Of a stretch of 54,326 nt of DNA, positions 27,311-37,297 are shown in pieces (position 1 is the stretch's first letter; each line of letters begins with the position of its first letter). The position numbers and the translations under genes were made by a program. A model generated the notes under the pieces. It had not been told where the DNA came from. It was given only the letters and a program-made list of their open reading frames with translations, and ran no database searches. The stretch lies in IMG/VR virus record IMGVR_UViG_3300051215_000040, positions 1 to 54,326 of that record; one strand, given 5' to 3'. The stretch comes from a virus. Taxonomy: Duplodnaviria > Caudoviricetes.

Positions 27311-28506
27311 CCACATACACCGACGTTTTCGGTGGGGCAAACATCTACCCCAGCGAGATTGATTACAGCTCGACGGCCCTGGCCGCTGACATTACGCTGA
27401 GCTGGCCAGACGAGACCTCGACCAGCCAGAATCTGGCCACCAAAATCATGGACGTCACCCCGGCGTCTGCGGGCTTGGCGATCACGCTGCCACCGGCCAA
27501 CAAGACCGGTACCGGCCAAACCATCCTGTTCAACAACAAGGGCGCGCACACATTCACAGTGAAGGACGCCGCTGGCGTGCAGGTTGTGACCGTGGCCTCG
27601 GGCACGTTGTGGCAGATTTACCTCACGAGCAACAGCACGGTGGCGGGATCTTGGGTGGCGCTGCAGTACGGCGCATCGACCTCGCAGGTCAACGCCTCCT
27701 CGCTGGCTGGCAACGGCATCGTGGCCACCGGCACACTGCTCGCGCAGGCCGTCCCCGTCACCGAGTTCAACAGCAACTACACGGCAGGCGCTCAGGACCG
27801 GGCCCGCATGTTTGTGTGGACCGGCGCAGGCGGCACGCTCACTTTGCCCGCGCCCACCACGGTCGGCGACAACTGGTTTTGCTACCTGCGCAACTCGGGC
27901 TCTGGCGCCATCGTGGCCGACCCTGCGGGCACGGTGCTGATTGACGGCGGCGCGACGCTGTCCTTCCAGCCTGGCGAGTCGGCCATCATCGTCTCGGACG
28001 GGGCCAACTACTACACGATCGGCTTTGGCCAGTCCGCCACGTTTGCCTTCGACTACACCTCGATCAACGTGGCAGGCTTAGGCGATTACACGCTGACCGG
28101 CACGGAGTTGAACCGCATCGCCTACGGTTTCACTGGCGTTTTGACCGGTAACCGCAACATCATCGTTCCGGCCACGGTGCAGCAGTACTGGGTCAACAAC
28201 GAGACCACGGGCGCGTACAACTTCACCGTGAAGACCTCGGCTGGCGCTGGCGTCCTGGTCGCATCCGGCTCGCGCTCGATCTTGTACTGCGACGGCACCG
28301 ATGTGGTCAACGCCGACACGGGCGGCCTGGCTGTGCCCATTCAGGTGTCCGACGGCGGTACCGGCGCAACGACCGCAGGCGCGGCTCGCATCAACCTGGG
28401 TGCAACGGCTGTGGGCGACGCGGTGTTTACCGCTGCCGACGGCCCTGCGGCCTACGCAGCACTTGGCATCGCGCCTTCTGGCGTCGTGGTGGGCGGGACG
28501 TTCTAA
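27307..28506 (+). CDS. Tail structural protein (fibre/baseplate-like)
   Basis: Beta-rich; TLP..GDNW, FTG.LTGNR.IIVP...YWVNNETTG; GGTGATTA motif; ends GGTF. Confidence 0.7.
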   Translation: MTTYTDVFGGANIYPSEIDYSSTALAADITLSWPDETSTSQNLATKIMDVTPASAGLAITLPPANKTGTGQTILFNNKGAHTFTVKDAAGVQVVTVASGTLWQIYLTSNSTVAGSWVALQYGASTSQVNASSLAGNGIVATGTLLAQAVPVTEFNSNYTAGAQDRARMFVWTGAGGTLTLPAPTTVGDNWFCYLRNSGSGAIVADPAGTVLIDGGATLSFQPGESAIIVSDGANYYTIGFGQSATFAFDYTSINVAGLGDYTLTGTELNRIAYGFTGVLTGNRNIIVPATVQQYWVNNETTGAYNFTVKTSAGAGVLVASGSRSILYCDGTDVVNADTGGLAVPIQVSDGGTGATTAGAARINLGATAVGDAVFTAADGPAAYAALGIAPSGVVVGGTF

Positions 28507-28508
28507 CC

Positions 28509-30338
28509 ATGCCAACCCAAATCCTGCGCTCCCAGCCGGGCATCAAACGCGACGGCACCAAGTTCGAAGGCGACTTCTACGTCGACGGACAGTGGGTGCG
28601 TTTCCAGCGTGGCCTGCCGCGCAAGATTGGCGGGTACCGCTCGATCTCCAAGTACCTGACCGAGATTTCGCGGGGCTTCATGAGCTTCACCCAGCAACTG
28701 TTGCAGTATTGCCACAGCGGCGGCCCCAGCACGCTGGAGCGCTTCACGATTGACGCCAGCAAGAACGCCAGCCTGATTTCCAACCGCACCCCGGTGGCTG
28801 TGGCCGCAACAGGCACGGTGACGCTCACGGGCGGCGCTGCGGGCTCTGTGGACGGCATCACGGTCAACGGCGTGCAGATCATGTCGGGCGCGGTGGCGTT
28901 TACGATTGACCTGGCCACCACGGCAACGGCTGTGGCCACCAACATCAACCTGCACACCTCGACGCCCAACTACAGCGCCGTGGCTGTTGGCCCACTGATC
29001 ACCATCACAGCAGTGACCGCAGGCGTGGCCACCAACGGCTATGTGGTCGCGGCGGCCACAACGGTCATCACGGCCACCGACACGGACATGGTGGGCGGCT
29101 CGGACGCGCTCACGGCCTCGGACGCCAATCGCTGGATGTTCCAGGCGGTCTACGACTCCTCGACCGCTTACAACGCCCTGCTCGCGCACGTCTCGCCCAA
29201 CGGCCGCTGCTTGTGCAACGATGTGGGCGGGCAGATTTTCTACGGCGACCTGCTGGGCACCGCACCGCTGAAAAGCGTGCAGCTTCCCGCTGGTGCCAAT
29301 GCCACGGGCGGCATCGTGGCCCTGCACCCGTACCTGTTTTACTACGGCACCGCTGGCATCATCGGCTGGTCCGCGGCTGGCGAGCCCACAGACCTTACCG
29401 GCTCCGGATCTGGCATCGCCCGGGTGTGGAGCCAAAAGATCGTCAAGGGCATGCCCCTGCGCGCAGGCTCAGGCTCGGCCCCGGCTGGCATCTTCTGGGC
29501 CTACGATGCGGTGATTCGTGCCACCTTCACCGGTGGCCCCACGGTATTCCAGTTCGACACGATCGCCACCGACACCTCCATCATGTCGGCCGACTCGGTG
29601 GTGGACTACGACGGCGTTTTCTTCTGGGCAGGCGTTGACCGATTTTTCATGTTCAACGGCGTGGTGCGCGATGTGCCCAACCAGATGAACATCAACTACT
29701 TCCTCGAAGGCCTGAACCCCCAGCAGCACAGCAAGGTGTTTGCCTGGAAGGTGCCGCGCTTTGGCGAAATCTGGTGGGCCTACCCCAAGGGGGACGCTAC
29801 CGAATGCACCCACGCCGTGATCTACAACGTGCGCGAGAACACTTGGTACGACACCGCACTGCCCACCTCTGGCCGCTCGGCTGGCGGCTACAACAACGCC
29901 TTTATGGCCCCGATCTTGGTGGACGCCGTGCCCACTGGCAGCGGCTACCGCACCTGGGTCCACGAGCAGGGCGTTGACGAGATCGACGGAACCCTGGCCG
30001 CGCCAATTCAGTCCTACTTCGAGACAGCGGACCTCTCGTCCATCGTCCAGGGCCAAGACGGCTATTTGCGCATCACCACCATCGAGCCGGACTTCGTGCA
30101 AAAGGGCCCCATGACCGTGCAGATCACGGGCCGCGCCAACGCACGTGCGCCCGAGGTGACGAGCTCGATCTTCACCTTCCCCGAGCAGGCCGACCAGCCG
30201 TTCGAACAGATCGTCATGCTCAAAGAGCAGCGCCGCGAGTTGCGCGCCCGCTTTGAGTCCAACGCCCTGTACGGCGATTACCAGATGGGCCAGATCATTG
30301 CGCACATTGAGTCTGGCGACAGGACGGTGCTGGGATGA
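28509..30338 (+). CDS. Tail nozzle / DNA stabilisation protein (P22 gp10- or tubular B-like)
   Basis: PGIKRDGT...WVRFQRG.PRKIGG start; FGEIWWAYP...AVIYN..EN.WY; IEPDF; beta-propeller-like composition. Confidence 0.75.
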   Translation: MPTQILRSQPGIKRDGTKFEGDFYVDGQWVRFQRGLPRKIGGYRSISKYLTEISRGFMSFTQQLLQYCHSGGPSTLERFTIDASKNASLISNRTPVAVAATGTVTLTGGAAGSVDGITVNGVQIMSGAVAFTIDLATTATAVATNINLHTSTPNYSAVAVGPLITITAVTAGVATNGYVVAAATTVITATDTDMVGGSDALTASDANRWMFQAVYDSSTAYNALLAHVSPNGRCLCNDVGGQIFYGDLLGTAPLKSVQLPAGANATGGIVALHPYLFYYGTAGIIGWSAAGEPTDLTGSGSGIARVWSQKIVKGMPLRAGSGSAPAGIFWAYDAVIRATFTGGPTVFQFDTIATDTSIMSADSVVDYDGVFFWAGVDRFFMFNGVVRDVPNQMNINYFLEGLNPQQHSKVFAWKVPRFGEIWWAYPKGDATECTHAVIYNVRENTWYDTALPTSGRSAGGYNNAFMAPILVDAVPTGSGYRTWVHEQGVDEIDGTLAAPIQSYFETADLSSIVQGQDGYLRITTIEPDFVQKGPMTVQITGRANARAPEVTSSIFTFPEQADQPFEQIVMLKEQRRELRARFESNALYGDYQMGQIIAHIESGDRTVLG

Positions 30339-30562
30339 TCATCACCCTACCCACCGGAATGGAGCTGATGGACTGGTCGTCGCAGGTCATCATCGACCTC
30401 GACGCCTACGGCTCCTTTGGCCGGCTGGACGACCCCAATCGCTGGCAAGATTGGGGCATGCAGTTTTTGAACAACACAACGATCGGCCGTAACTTGCCGA
30501 TTCCTTACGGATTTACCGACTGGAGAGAATGGGCCGAGAGGCTTGTTGGAGCACTATCATGA
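30335..30562 (+). CDS. Small Trp-rich hypothetical protein
   Basis: WQDWG...P.PYGFTDWREWAE; ATGA-coupled on both sides. Confidence 0.7.
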   Translation: MIITLPTGMELMDWSSQVIIDLDAYGSFGRLDDPNRWQDWGMQFLNNTTIGRNLPIPYGFTDWREWAERLVGALS

Positions 30563-32469
30563 ACCAAGAAATTTTAGGCTTGATCCAAAACAACCCTGAA
30601 GCCATGCAGGCTGTCGGGGAGGCTGTTCAGGAAATCCTGAACGACCAAGACGTCTCTCCAGAGGCTGTCGATCAACTGACGCAAGTCATCGAAAGCACGC
30701 TGCAAAACCCGGCGTCCTATGAGCAGACGCGCATGGCGATGATTCAGTCCAACCTGATCGACGCCGAGGACTTGCCCGAGCAGTTTGACGAGATGATTTT
30801 GACCGTCTTGCTGATCGCTTTGAAGGTCGTGCAGGGTCAGATGCAGTCGGGCAACGTGCCGAAGTTTGCACGCGGCGGCCTGAACTCGATCGCACGCATG
30901 GGCCGGTATGGCGACACCATGCTGGCGCACATCACGCCCGAAGAGGCCCGCCTGCTTCGCGCTCGCGGCGGCTCCGGCACCATCAACCCCATGACTGGCC
31001 TGCCCGAGTTTTGGAGCCTGAAAAAAGCTCTGAAAAAGGTGTTCAAGGCCGTTGCGCCAGTTCTGCCGATTGTTTTATCGTTTGTGGCCCCTGGCCTCGG
31101 TACCGCAATTGGTAGCGCCCTGGGTGCCACAGGCACTGCGGCCAGCATGCTGGGCAGCGCAGCGATTGGCGGCCTGTCATCGGCTGCGGCTGGTGGCAAC
31201 GCGCTCAAGGGCGCGATCGGTGGCGCTCTTGGCGCTGGCGCTGGCAGTGCTTTGGGCAGCGCAATCGGCGACGCCACGGGTATGACGCTGAGCAACACCG
31301 CTCAAAACGTGCTGGGCAGCTCCTTGATTGGCGGCGCACAGAGCGCGGCCAGCGGTGGTGATTTCCTGACCGGCGCGGTGCAGGGCGGCGTCGGCGGCTA
31401 TGCGGGCAGTACGCTTGGCGGTGCCGCAAGTGGCATCGAGGGCAAGCTCGGCGCTGGTTTGCAGACCGCAGGCCAGCAGTTTGGCAACGCGCTGACCATG
31501 GGCGCTGACCCCAAGCAGGCGCTCACGCAAGGCGCACTGTCGGGCTTGGCCGCTGCTTATGCCGCGCCATCGGCCCCCGCACCGAAATCGATCTACGACA
31601 TCACGCCTGCCGAGACTGGCGGCTTGGGCTTGAAGCCTCCATCCGACCTGGTGATCGAGGGCTTGAAGGTGCCAACGCTGAACACACCCAGCGTGCCAGA
31701 GATGGGCCTGAGCACAAATTACAGCCTGACCGGCGGCAGCACTCCAACCTTCACGGGCCCTGACAGCTTCACGCCCGATTACTCGCTGGCTGGCCCCGCA
31801 ACAGTGGACACGGCATCGGCTGAGCCCTACACCGGCACAGGCATCAAAGCCTCGCCGCTCAGCGTGATTGCAGCCCAAACAGAGGCCGCGATGCCTTTGG
31901 CAACCAAGCCCGCCGCTGGTGCTGGCAACAAGATGGGCACAAGCGGCCTGGGCACTGCGGCCAGCATGCTGCCGCTGCTCTCGCTGTTTGGCTCGGCCAA
32001 CACGCCAGAGGAAGTGCAGCAGGTCGTGGCCGGCATGACGCCCGAGCAGCAGGAGTACTTCAACCGCCCGATGCGCACCTGGAATTGGGACACGCTCAGC
32101 GCTGCGGCCAAGATGCAGGGCCTGCCTGTTGGCAGCTACATCGCCCGCAACTGGGACAAGGTCGGCGGCGGTATGTACGACAACCCAGAAGAGCCCACTC
32201 AGAAGCTGGCCCGTGGCGGCGCTTTGACCCGTTTGGCCCGTGGCGGCGGCTCTGGCCGCGATGACACCATCCCCGCGCGCCTCTCGGACGGCGAGTACGT
32301 GATGGACGCCGAGACCGTGGCGCTGCTGGGCGATGGCTCCACAGACGCCGGGGCTCGCCAGCTGGACCGGATGCGGGCTAAAATCCGTGAACACAAAGGC
32401 AAATCGATGGCCCGGGGCAAGTTCAGCGCGAACGCCAAATCGCCGTTGGCATATCTGAAAGGCGCTTAA
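30559..32469 (+). CDS. Internal virion/DNA ejection protein (putative)
   Basis: GRYGDTMLAHITPEEA..L...GGSGTINP.TGLPEF motif, glycine-zipper hydrophobic region, C-terminal G..D.IPARLSDGEYV motif; three AxGG tags. Confidence 0.7.
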   Translation: MNQEILGLIQNNPEAMQAVGEAVQEILNDQDVSPEAVDQLTQVIESTLQNPASYEQTRMAMIQSNLIDAEDLPEQFDEMILTVLLIALKVVQGQMQSGNVPKFARGGLNSIARMGRYGDTMLAHITPEEARLLRARGGSGTINPMTGLPEFWSLKKALKKVFKAVAPVLPIVLSFVAPGLGTAIGSALGATGTAASMLGSAAIGGLSSAAAGGNALKGAIGGALGAGAGSALGSAIGDATGMTLSNTAQNVLGSSLIGGAQSAASGGDFLTGAVQGGVGGYAGSTLGGAASGIEGKLGAGLQTAGQQFGNALTMGADPKQALTQGALSGLAAAYAAPSAPAPKSIYDITPAETGGLGLKPPSDLVIEGLKVPTLNTPSVPEMGLSTNYSLTGGSTPTFTGPDSFTPDYSLAGPATVDTASAEPYTGTGIKASPLSVIAAQTEAAMPLATKPAAGAGNKMGTSGLGTAASMLPLLSLFGSANTPEEVQQVVAGMTPEQQEYFNRPMRTWNWDTLSAAAKMQGLPVGSYIARNWDKVGGGMYDNPEEPTQKLARGGALTRLARGGGSGRDDTIPARLSDGEYVMDAETVALLGDGSTDAGARQLDRMRAKIREHKGKSMARGKFSANAKSPLAYLKGA

Positions 32470-32470
32470 T

Positions 32471-33910
32471 ATGGCCAGCTTGTTTCAGGGTGACCCCCAA
32501 AAAGCTACCTCCTACGTCACCAGCACGACGGAAACTCCGAAGTGGCTGCAGGACGCGATTTACAACCAAATCTACCAGTCGACCAACGTCGCCAACACGC
32601 CGTTCACGCCCTACAAGGGGACGCTGGTAGCCGGTGCAACGCCTCAGCAGCAGCAGGCCTACGACGCCGTCTCGGCCAATCAGGGTTTGTGGAAAGCGCC
32701 GTTTGAGGCAGCACAGACCGGTCTTGAAAAGCTGAGCGCCGCGCCCGGTGCCATGACGGCCGCAGCCCCATACCTGCAACAAGCCACCGGCATGAGCCCA
32801 CTGCAGGCTGCGCAGCCCCTGATTTCTCAGGCCACAGGCACAAGCGGCGTTGGCGCGGCTCAGCCGTACCTGACGCAGCAAGCGGCCGCTTTGGCTGGCG
32901 TTGACACCGGTACCGGCGCACGCACGCTCTCGCCGTATGTGCAGGCCAGCCTGGAGGGCTCAGGCCTGACAGCCGCCGCCCCGTACATGCAAGAGGCGGC
33001 CAAGACCAGCGCGCAGGACATTGGGCAGTTCTTCAACCCCTACACCGAGTCGGTGACCAGCCAGATCGCAAAGCTGGGCGCTCGAAACCTGTCGGAAAAC
33101 TTACTCCCTGGCGTCTCGGATGCCTTCATCCGTGCGGGCCAGTTTGGTGGCACGCGCATGGGCGAGTTTGGCAGCCGGGCGCTGCGCGACACGCAGGAAT
33201 CCATCCTGAACCAGCAGTCGCAGGCGTTGCAGGCTGGCTACGGCCAAGCGGTGTCCGCCGCTCAGCAAGAAGCAGCCCGCCAGGCTCAGCTGGCATCGAC
33301 CGCTGGCGGCCTTGGTACCGCCCAGCAGCAGGCGATTTTGTCTGGTGGCCAGGCGCTCACATCTGCTCAGCAGCAAGCGGCGCAGCAAGAGATTGCACGC
33401 GCTCAGGCCCTGGGTGGCGTCGGCACGCAGCTTGGCGGCCTGACCCAGCAGCAGCAGTCCGCACTCCTGAGCGCGGCCCAGCAAACAGGCGCGCTCACCG
33501 GCCAGCAGCAGCAGTTGCTTGCGTCCGTGGGGGCGCAGACCGGCCAGCTCACCGGGGCCGATTTGCAGCGCCAGCAGTCCGTGCTTCAGCAGATGGCCGC
33601 TCAGGCCCAGCAAGGCCAGCAGATGCGCACGCAAGACGTCGCTGCCCTGGAGGCCGCTGGCATGTCTCAGCAGCAGATTGCCCAGCGCCAGGCCGATGCG
33701 GCTTACCAGCAGTACATGCTCGAGCAGCAATACCCCAAGTCTCAGCTCGACTGGCTGTCCACTCAGGTGCGCGGCATGGCCCCCAACGTGCAGTCCTCGA
33801 CCTCGCAGGGCACCACGAGCACGGGCGCAACTTACTCGGCATCGCCGCTGCAGCAGCTGGCGACCGGCTTGTCCGCATCTGCCGGCTTGAGCAAGCTGCT
33901 CGGCGGTTAA
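32471..33910 (+). CDS. Internal virion/DNA ejection protein (Gln/Ala-rich)
   Basis: PFTPY.G..VAG, FFNPY..V, AGQFGGTR motifs typical of podoviral pilot/ejection proteins. Confidence 0.7.
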   Translation: MASLFQGDPQKATSYVTSTTETPKWLQDAIYNQIYQSTNVANTPFTPYKGTLVAGATPQQQQAYDAVSANQGLWKAPFEAAQTGLEKLSAAPGAMTAAAPYLQQATGMSPLQAAQPLISQATGTSGVGAAQPYLTQQAAALAGVDTGTGARTLSPYVQASLEGSGLTAAAPYMQEAAKTSAQDIGQFFNPYTESVTSQIAKLGARNLSENLLPGVSDAFIRAGQFGGTRMGEFGSRALRDTQESILNQQSQALQAGYGQAVSAAQQEAARQAQLASTAGGLGTAQQQAILSGGQALTSAQQQAAQQEIARAQALGGVGTQLGGLTQQQQSALLSAAQQTGALTGQQQQLLASVGAQTGQLTGADLQRQQSVLQQMAAQAQQGQQMRTQDVAALEAAGMSQQQIAQRQADAAYQQYMLEQQYPKSQLDWLSTQVRGMAPNVQSSTSQGTTSTGATYSASPLQQLATGLSASAGLSKLLGG

Positions 33911-33925
33911 TTTTTGGAGGCTCAC

Positions 33926-35221
33926 ATGCCATCGATCTACGACCTGGCCTCGAACTACGAACTTGGCGAAACGGGCAAAGCGCCCGGCGTCCGCCTGCCC
34001 GTGGCCGAGGCCCCCATCGTTGCAGCACCGGTCGCCGCGCCGGTTGCCGCCGTTGCGCAGGAGGCCATGCCGCCTGTGCTACCCCCTGGCATGGAGGGCG
34101 CTGGCCGCAATCAGCAGCTCCTGTCGATGCTGGGTAAGTACTTCCCGCAAAACGACGACTATGGCGCAGAGCTCAAATCCGCACGCGCCACGATGACCAA
34201 AGAGTCCGAGGCTTTCAACAAGCTCTTGCAGGACGCCATCAAGCAGCCCCAGGAAACCGGCCCCAGCAAGGCCGAGATGTATTTCCGCCTGGCCGCCGCG
34301 TTTGGTGCCCCAACCAAGACCGGCAACTTCATGGAGTCGCTGGGCAAGGCCGGAGAGGCCGCCGCCACCATGAACAAAGAGCAGCGCGAGGCCGCCCAGG
34401 CAGAGCGCGCACGCCGTCTGTCGCTGGGCCTGGAGGCGCAAAAGCTGCGCATGACCGGTGCCAAGGAAGACCTTACAACCCTGCGCCAGTTGGCCGCCGA
34501 GGGCATGAAGGACAAGCGCACGATTGCCACCGAGCTGATCAAGGACTACGTGAAGTCCGGCCAGCCCGAGTCCAGCGCCGGCAAGCAGGCCAAGGACGAG
34601 GGCCTGGTGCCGGGCACACCCGAGTTCCAAAAGCGCGTCGGCCAGATTGCCGAGATGAACGTCGAAAAGCAGATGGCGCAGATCAACACGGCGCTGGCCA
34701 ACATGGGCACCGCCCAGGCCAACATGGCGCTGCAGCAGCAGAAGTTCGACTTCCAGCAGACCCAGGCCACCAAGCTGACCGCGCCCGAGGTGAAGCTCAA
34801 GACCGAAACCGAGGACTCGCTGTCCAGCGTCAAGGGTGCCATGCAGGACATGAAGCGCGCCTTCGACCTCAACAAAAACAGCATGGGCGGCTCACTGGTC
34901 GACAAAGCATCCCGCCTTGCCTTGGAGGCCGCCGGATCCAAGGACCCAACGCTGCTCAACACGCAGGAGCTGGAAAACATCCTCAAGGGCTCGATGATCA
35001 GCTCCGCCGCCGAGAAGATGAAGGGCGTGCTGTCCGATTCGGACATCAAGTTGTTGGCCGAGGTGTCTGGTGCCAAAGCCAAGAACCAGGAAGAGCGTCG
35101 CCGCATCCTGATCAACGCCTATGGTGCTTTGCAGCGCGGTATGGCCAAGCAGCAAAAGCGCCTCAACGAGATCAACCAGGGTCTGTACCGTGAAACCGCA
35201 CCCGCCGGAGGGCTTGAATAA
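33926..35221 (+). CDS. Internal virion protein (putative)
   Basis: GGAGG RBS; helical/coiled-coil; KGVLSDSD motif; ejection-module position. Confidence 0.65.
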   Translation: MPSIYDLASNYELGETGKAPGVRLPVAEAPIVAAPVAAPVAAVAQEAMPPVLPPGMEGAGRNQQLLSMLGKYFPQNDDYGAELKSARATMTKESEAFNKLLQDAIKQPQETGPSKAEMYFRLAAAFGAPTKTGNFMESLGKAGEAAATMNKEQREAAQAERARRLSLGLEAQKLRMTGAKEDLTTLRQLAAEGMKDKRTIATELIKDYVKSGQPESSAGKQAKDEGLVPGTPEFQKRVGQIAEMNVEKQMAQINTALANMGTAQANMALQQQKFDFQQTQATKLTAPEVKLKTETEDSLSSVKGAMQDMKRAFDLNKNSMGGSLVDKASRLALEAAGSKDPTLLNTQELENILKGSMISSAAEKMKGVLSDSDIKLLAEVSGAKAKNQEERRRILINAYGALQRGMAKQQKRLNEINQGLYRETAPAGGLE

Positions 35222-37230
35222 TGGCCGACAACGCAGTCAACCTTACACGGGCCGTCTTGGGCCAAGGCCTGGGCATGGGCTGGGGCGACGAGGCCGAGGC
35301 CTGGCTGCGCTCCAAGCTCGGCGATCAGCCCTACGAGCAGGCCTTGGGCCAGATTCGCCAGGAGTACGCCCGCTATACTCGGGAAAACCCTGGGACCGCC
35401 ATGGCGGCTGAGTTTGCCGGCGGCATGGCCCCGGCGGTCGGCATGATGTTTGTGCCCGGCGGTCAAGGCGCGGCGGTGACTCAAGCCCAGCGCAGCACAG
35501 CAGGCGCTCTGGCGCGTCTGGCGGCCCTTGGCGGGGCCACAGGCGCTGTCTCTGGCGCTGGCACGGCCGAAGAGGGCGGGCGCGTTGGCGGGGCCATCAC
35601 GGGCGGCACGCTAGGCACGATCATTGGCGGCGGGGCTCCGGTGGTCCTGCGCGGTGCCAAGGGCGCGGGCCAGTGGCTGCGCGAGCGCCTGGCTCCCACG
35701 GAGTCGGTGATTGCCAGCCGCGCTGGCGAGAAGATGACCAAGGCGATGCGCGAGTCCAACCTCACGCCCCAGCAAATCGAGCAGATGGTTGCCCGTGATC
35801 GCGCCATGGGCGTGCCAAGTACCGTGGCCAACGTGGATGCGGCCATGGCCGATCTGGCCGAGGCCGTGGCCCAGCGCACCGGCAAGGGCACGCGCAAGGT
35901 TGAAAAAACCCTCACGGAGCAGAAAACCGGCGCACGCGAGCGCACATACCAGCAGGTCCAAAAAGGCCTGCAGCCTGGCGACTTCTACGCCGACGAGGCC
36001 AAGCTCGTGCAAGACCTGCGCAGCAAGGCTAAGGACGTTTACGGGCAGGCTTATGCCTGGGGCGATGTGGACGACCCGCGCATCGTTGAGGCCCTGAAGA
36101 ATCCGCAGTTCCAGGCGTTTTTCCAGAAGGCTCGCAGCATCGCCGACACCGAGGCCATGGCGGCCAAGCTGCGCGGCGAGGACCCCAGCCGTTTTGCGCT
36201 GCCTGAGATTTACAAGCCCACCGGCAAGTTCACCGAGACCGGCGCAGAGATTCTGGAGCTGACCAAGCTGCCAGACGTCCGCACGCTGGACTACATCAAG
36301 CGCGGCATCGATGCGACCATCGAGTCCGGCTTCAAGGGTCAGGGCATGTCCACGGCAGAGGCAAGCGCCCTGCGCGACTTGCGCAAGGTGTTTGTGAACG
36401 CCATCGACGAGAACGTTCCGATTTACCGCGACGCCCGCAAGGCTTACGCTGGCGACATGGAGGTGCTGGACGCGATGCGCACCGGCATGACCGACTTCAA
36501 GAAGCTCGACCACGAGCAGGTGATCAAGATGGTCGCCGACATGAGCGACGCTGAAAAGACCGCCTTCCGCACCGGTGTGGCCCGCAACTTGTACGGCCAG
36601 ATCATGGACTCGGCGCAAAACCGCAACGCGGCGAGCAACATCATCAACTCGCCCGAAACGGCCGCCAAGCTGCAACCGCTGTTTGACGACCCGGCCCACT
36701 TCCGGCTGTTCAAAGCCGCCATGGAGCGCGAGGCCCAGCTCTTCCAGCAGGCCAGCAAAATCCTGGGCGGCTCGCAGACGGCCAAACGTGGCGCGATGCG
36801 CGAGGCGCTGGAAGAGGGCAGCGACATTGGCCAGACGATTGGACAGGCCGTGACAGGCAGCCCAATGAACGCGCTGACGGGCCTTGTTGCTCGCTTGGCC
36901 AACAGCGCCACGATCACGCCCGCTGTGGCCGACAAAATGGCCGACATGCTGATGGCCAAGAACCCGGCCGATGTGGCTGCCGTGGTGAAGTTTCTCGACG
37001 ACTACGCCGCCGGCCAAGTGCCCAAGGCTGTGCGTGCCACGGCTGGTGAGGCTGGTACCGTGATGGGCACCACCACCTCGATCTGGAATCCGCCTGCGGT
37101 GCAGGGTGAGCCCACCGGCACGATTGAGGGTGAAATCACATCCGTGCCTGAGCCCAGCGACGAGCTGGAGCAGGAGTGGCTCAAGACGCAAAAGCGATCA
37201 GACGGCACGCTGCCTGATCGCTTGGAATGA
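35221..37230 (+). CDS. Large internal virion/DNA transfer protein (putative)
   Basis: GQGL.MGWGDE.EA start, Gly/Ala hydrophobic region, LDYIKRGID and GGSQTA motifs; last gene of the late operon. Confidence 0.7.
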   Translation: MADNAVNLTRAVLGQGLGMGWGDEAEAWLRSKLGDQPYEQALGQIRQEYARYTRENPGTAMAAEFAGGMAPAVGMMFVPGGQGAAVTQAQRSTAGALARLAALGGATGAVSGAGTAEEGGRVGGAITGGTLGTIIGGGAPVVLRGAKGAGQWLRERLAPTESVIASRAGEKMTKAMRESNLTPQQIEQMVARDRAMGVPSTVANVDAAMADLAEAVAQRTGKGTRKVEKTLTEQKTGARERTYQQVQKGLQPGDFYADEAKLVQDLRSKAKDVYGQAYAWGDVDDPRIVEALKNPQFQAFFQKARSIADTEAMAAKLRGEDPSRFALPEIYKPTGKFTETGAEILELTKLPDVRTLDYIKRGIDATIESGFKGQGMSTAEASALRDLRKVFVNAIDENVPIYRDARKAYAGDMEVLDAMRTGMTDFKKLDHEQVIKMVADMSDAEKTAFRTGVARNLYGQIMDSAQNRNAASNIINSPETAAKLQPLFDDPAHFRLFKAAMEREAQLFQQASKILGGSQTAKRGAMREALEEGSDIGQTIGQAVTGSPMNALTGLVARLANSATITPAVADKMADMLMAKNPADVAAVVKFLDDYAAGQVPKAVRATAGEAGTVMGTTTSIWNPPAVQGEPTGTIEGEITSVPEPSDELEQEWLKTQKRSDGTLPDRLE

Positions 37231-37266
37231 TTGCAGTTGTCTCCCTCACCTCAGAAATGAGGTTTC

Positions 37267-37297
37267 ACCCCGCCCCAACCCGGCGGGGTTTTTTATT
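37267..37297 (+). terminator. Rho-independent terminator between convergent late and early arms
   Basis: ACCCCGCC-CCAACCC-GGCGGGGT followed by TTTTTATT. Confidence 0.85.

Noticed and set aside
1893-37191. Long minus-strand ORFs opposite the late genes (e.g. 1893-3110, 9822-11564, 20483-22090, 35611-37191)
   Set aside because: Shadow frames of GC-rich coding genes; no recognisable motifs or RBS, and they fully overlap well-supported plus-strand genes.
30559-37230. Tape measure protein call
   Set aside because: No tail tube, sheath or frameshifted chaperone genes; portal, adaptor and nozzle architecture points to a short-tailed phage with ejection proteins.
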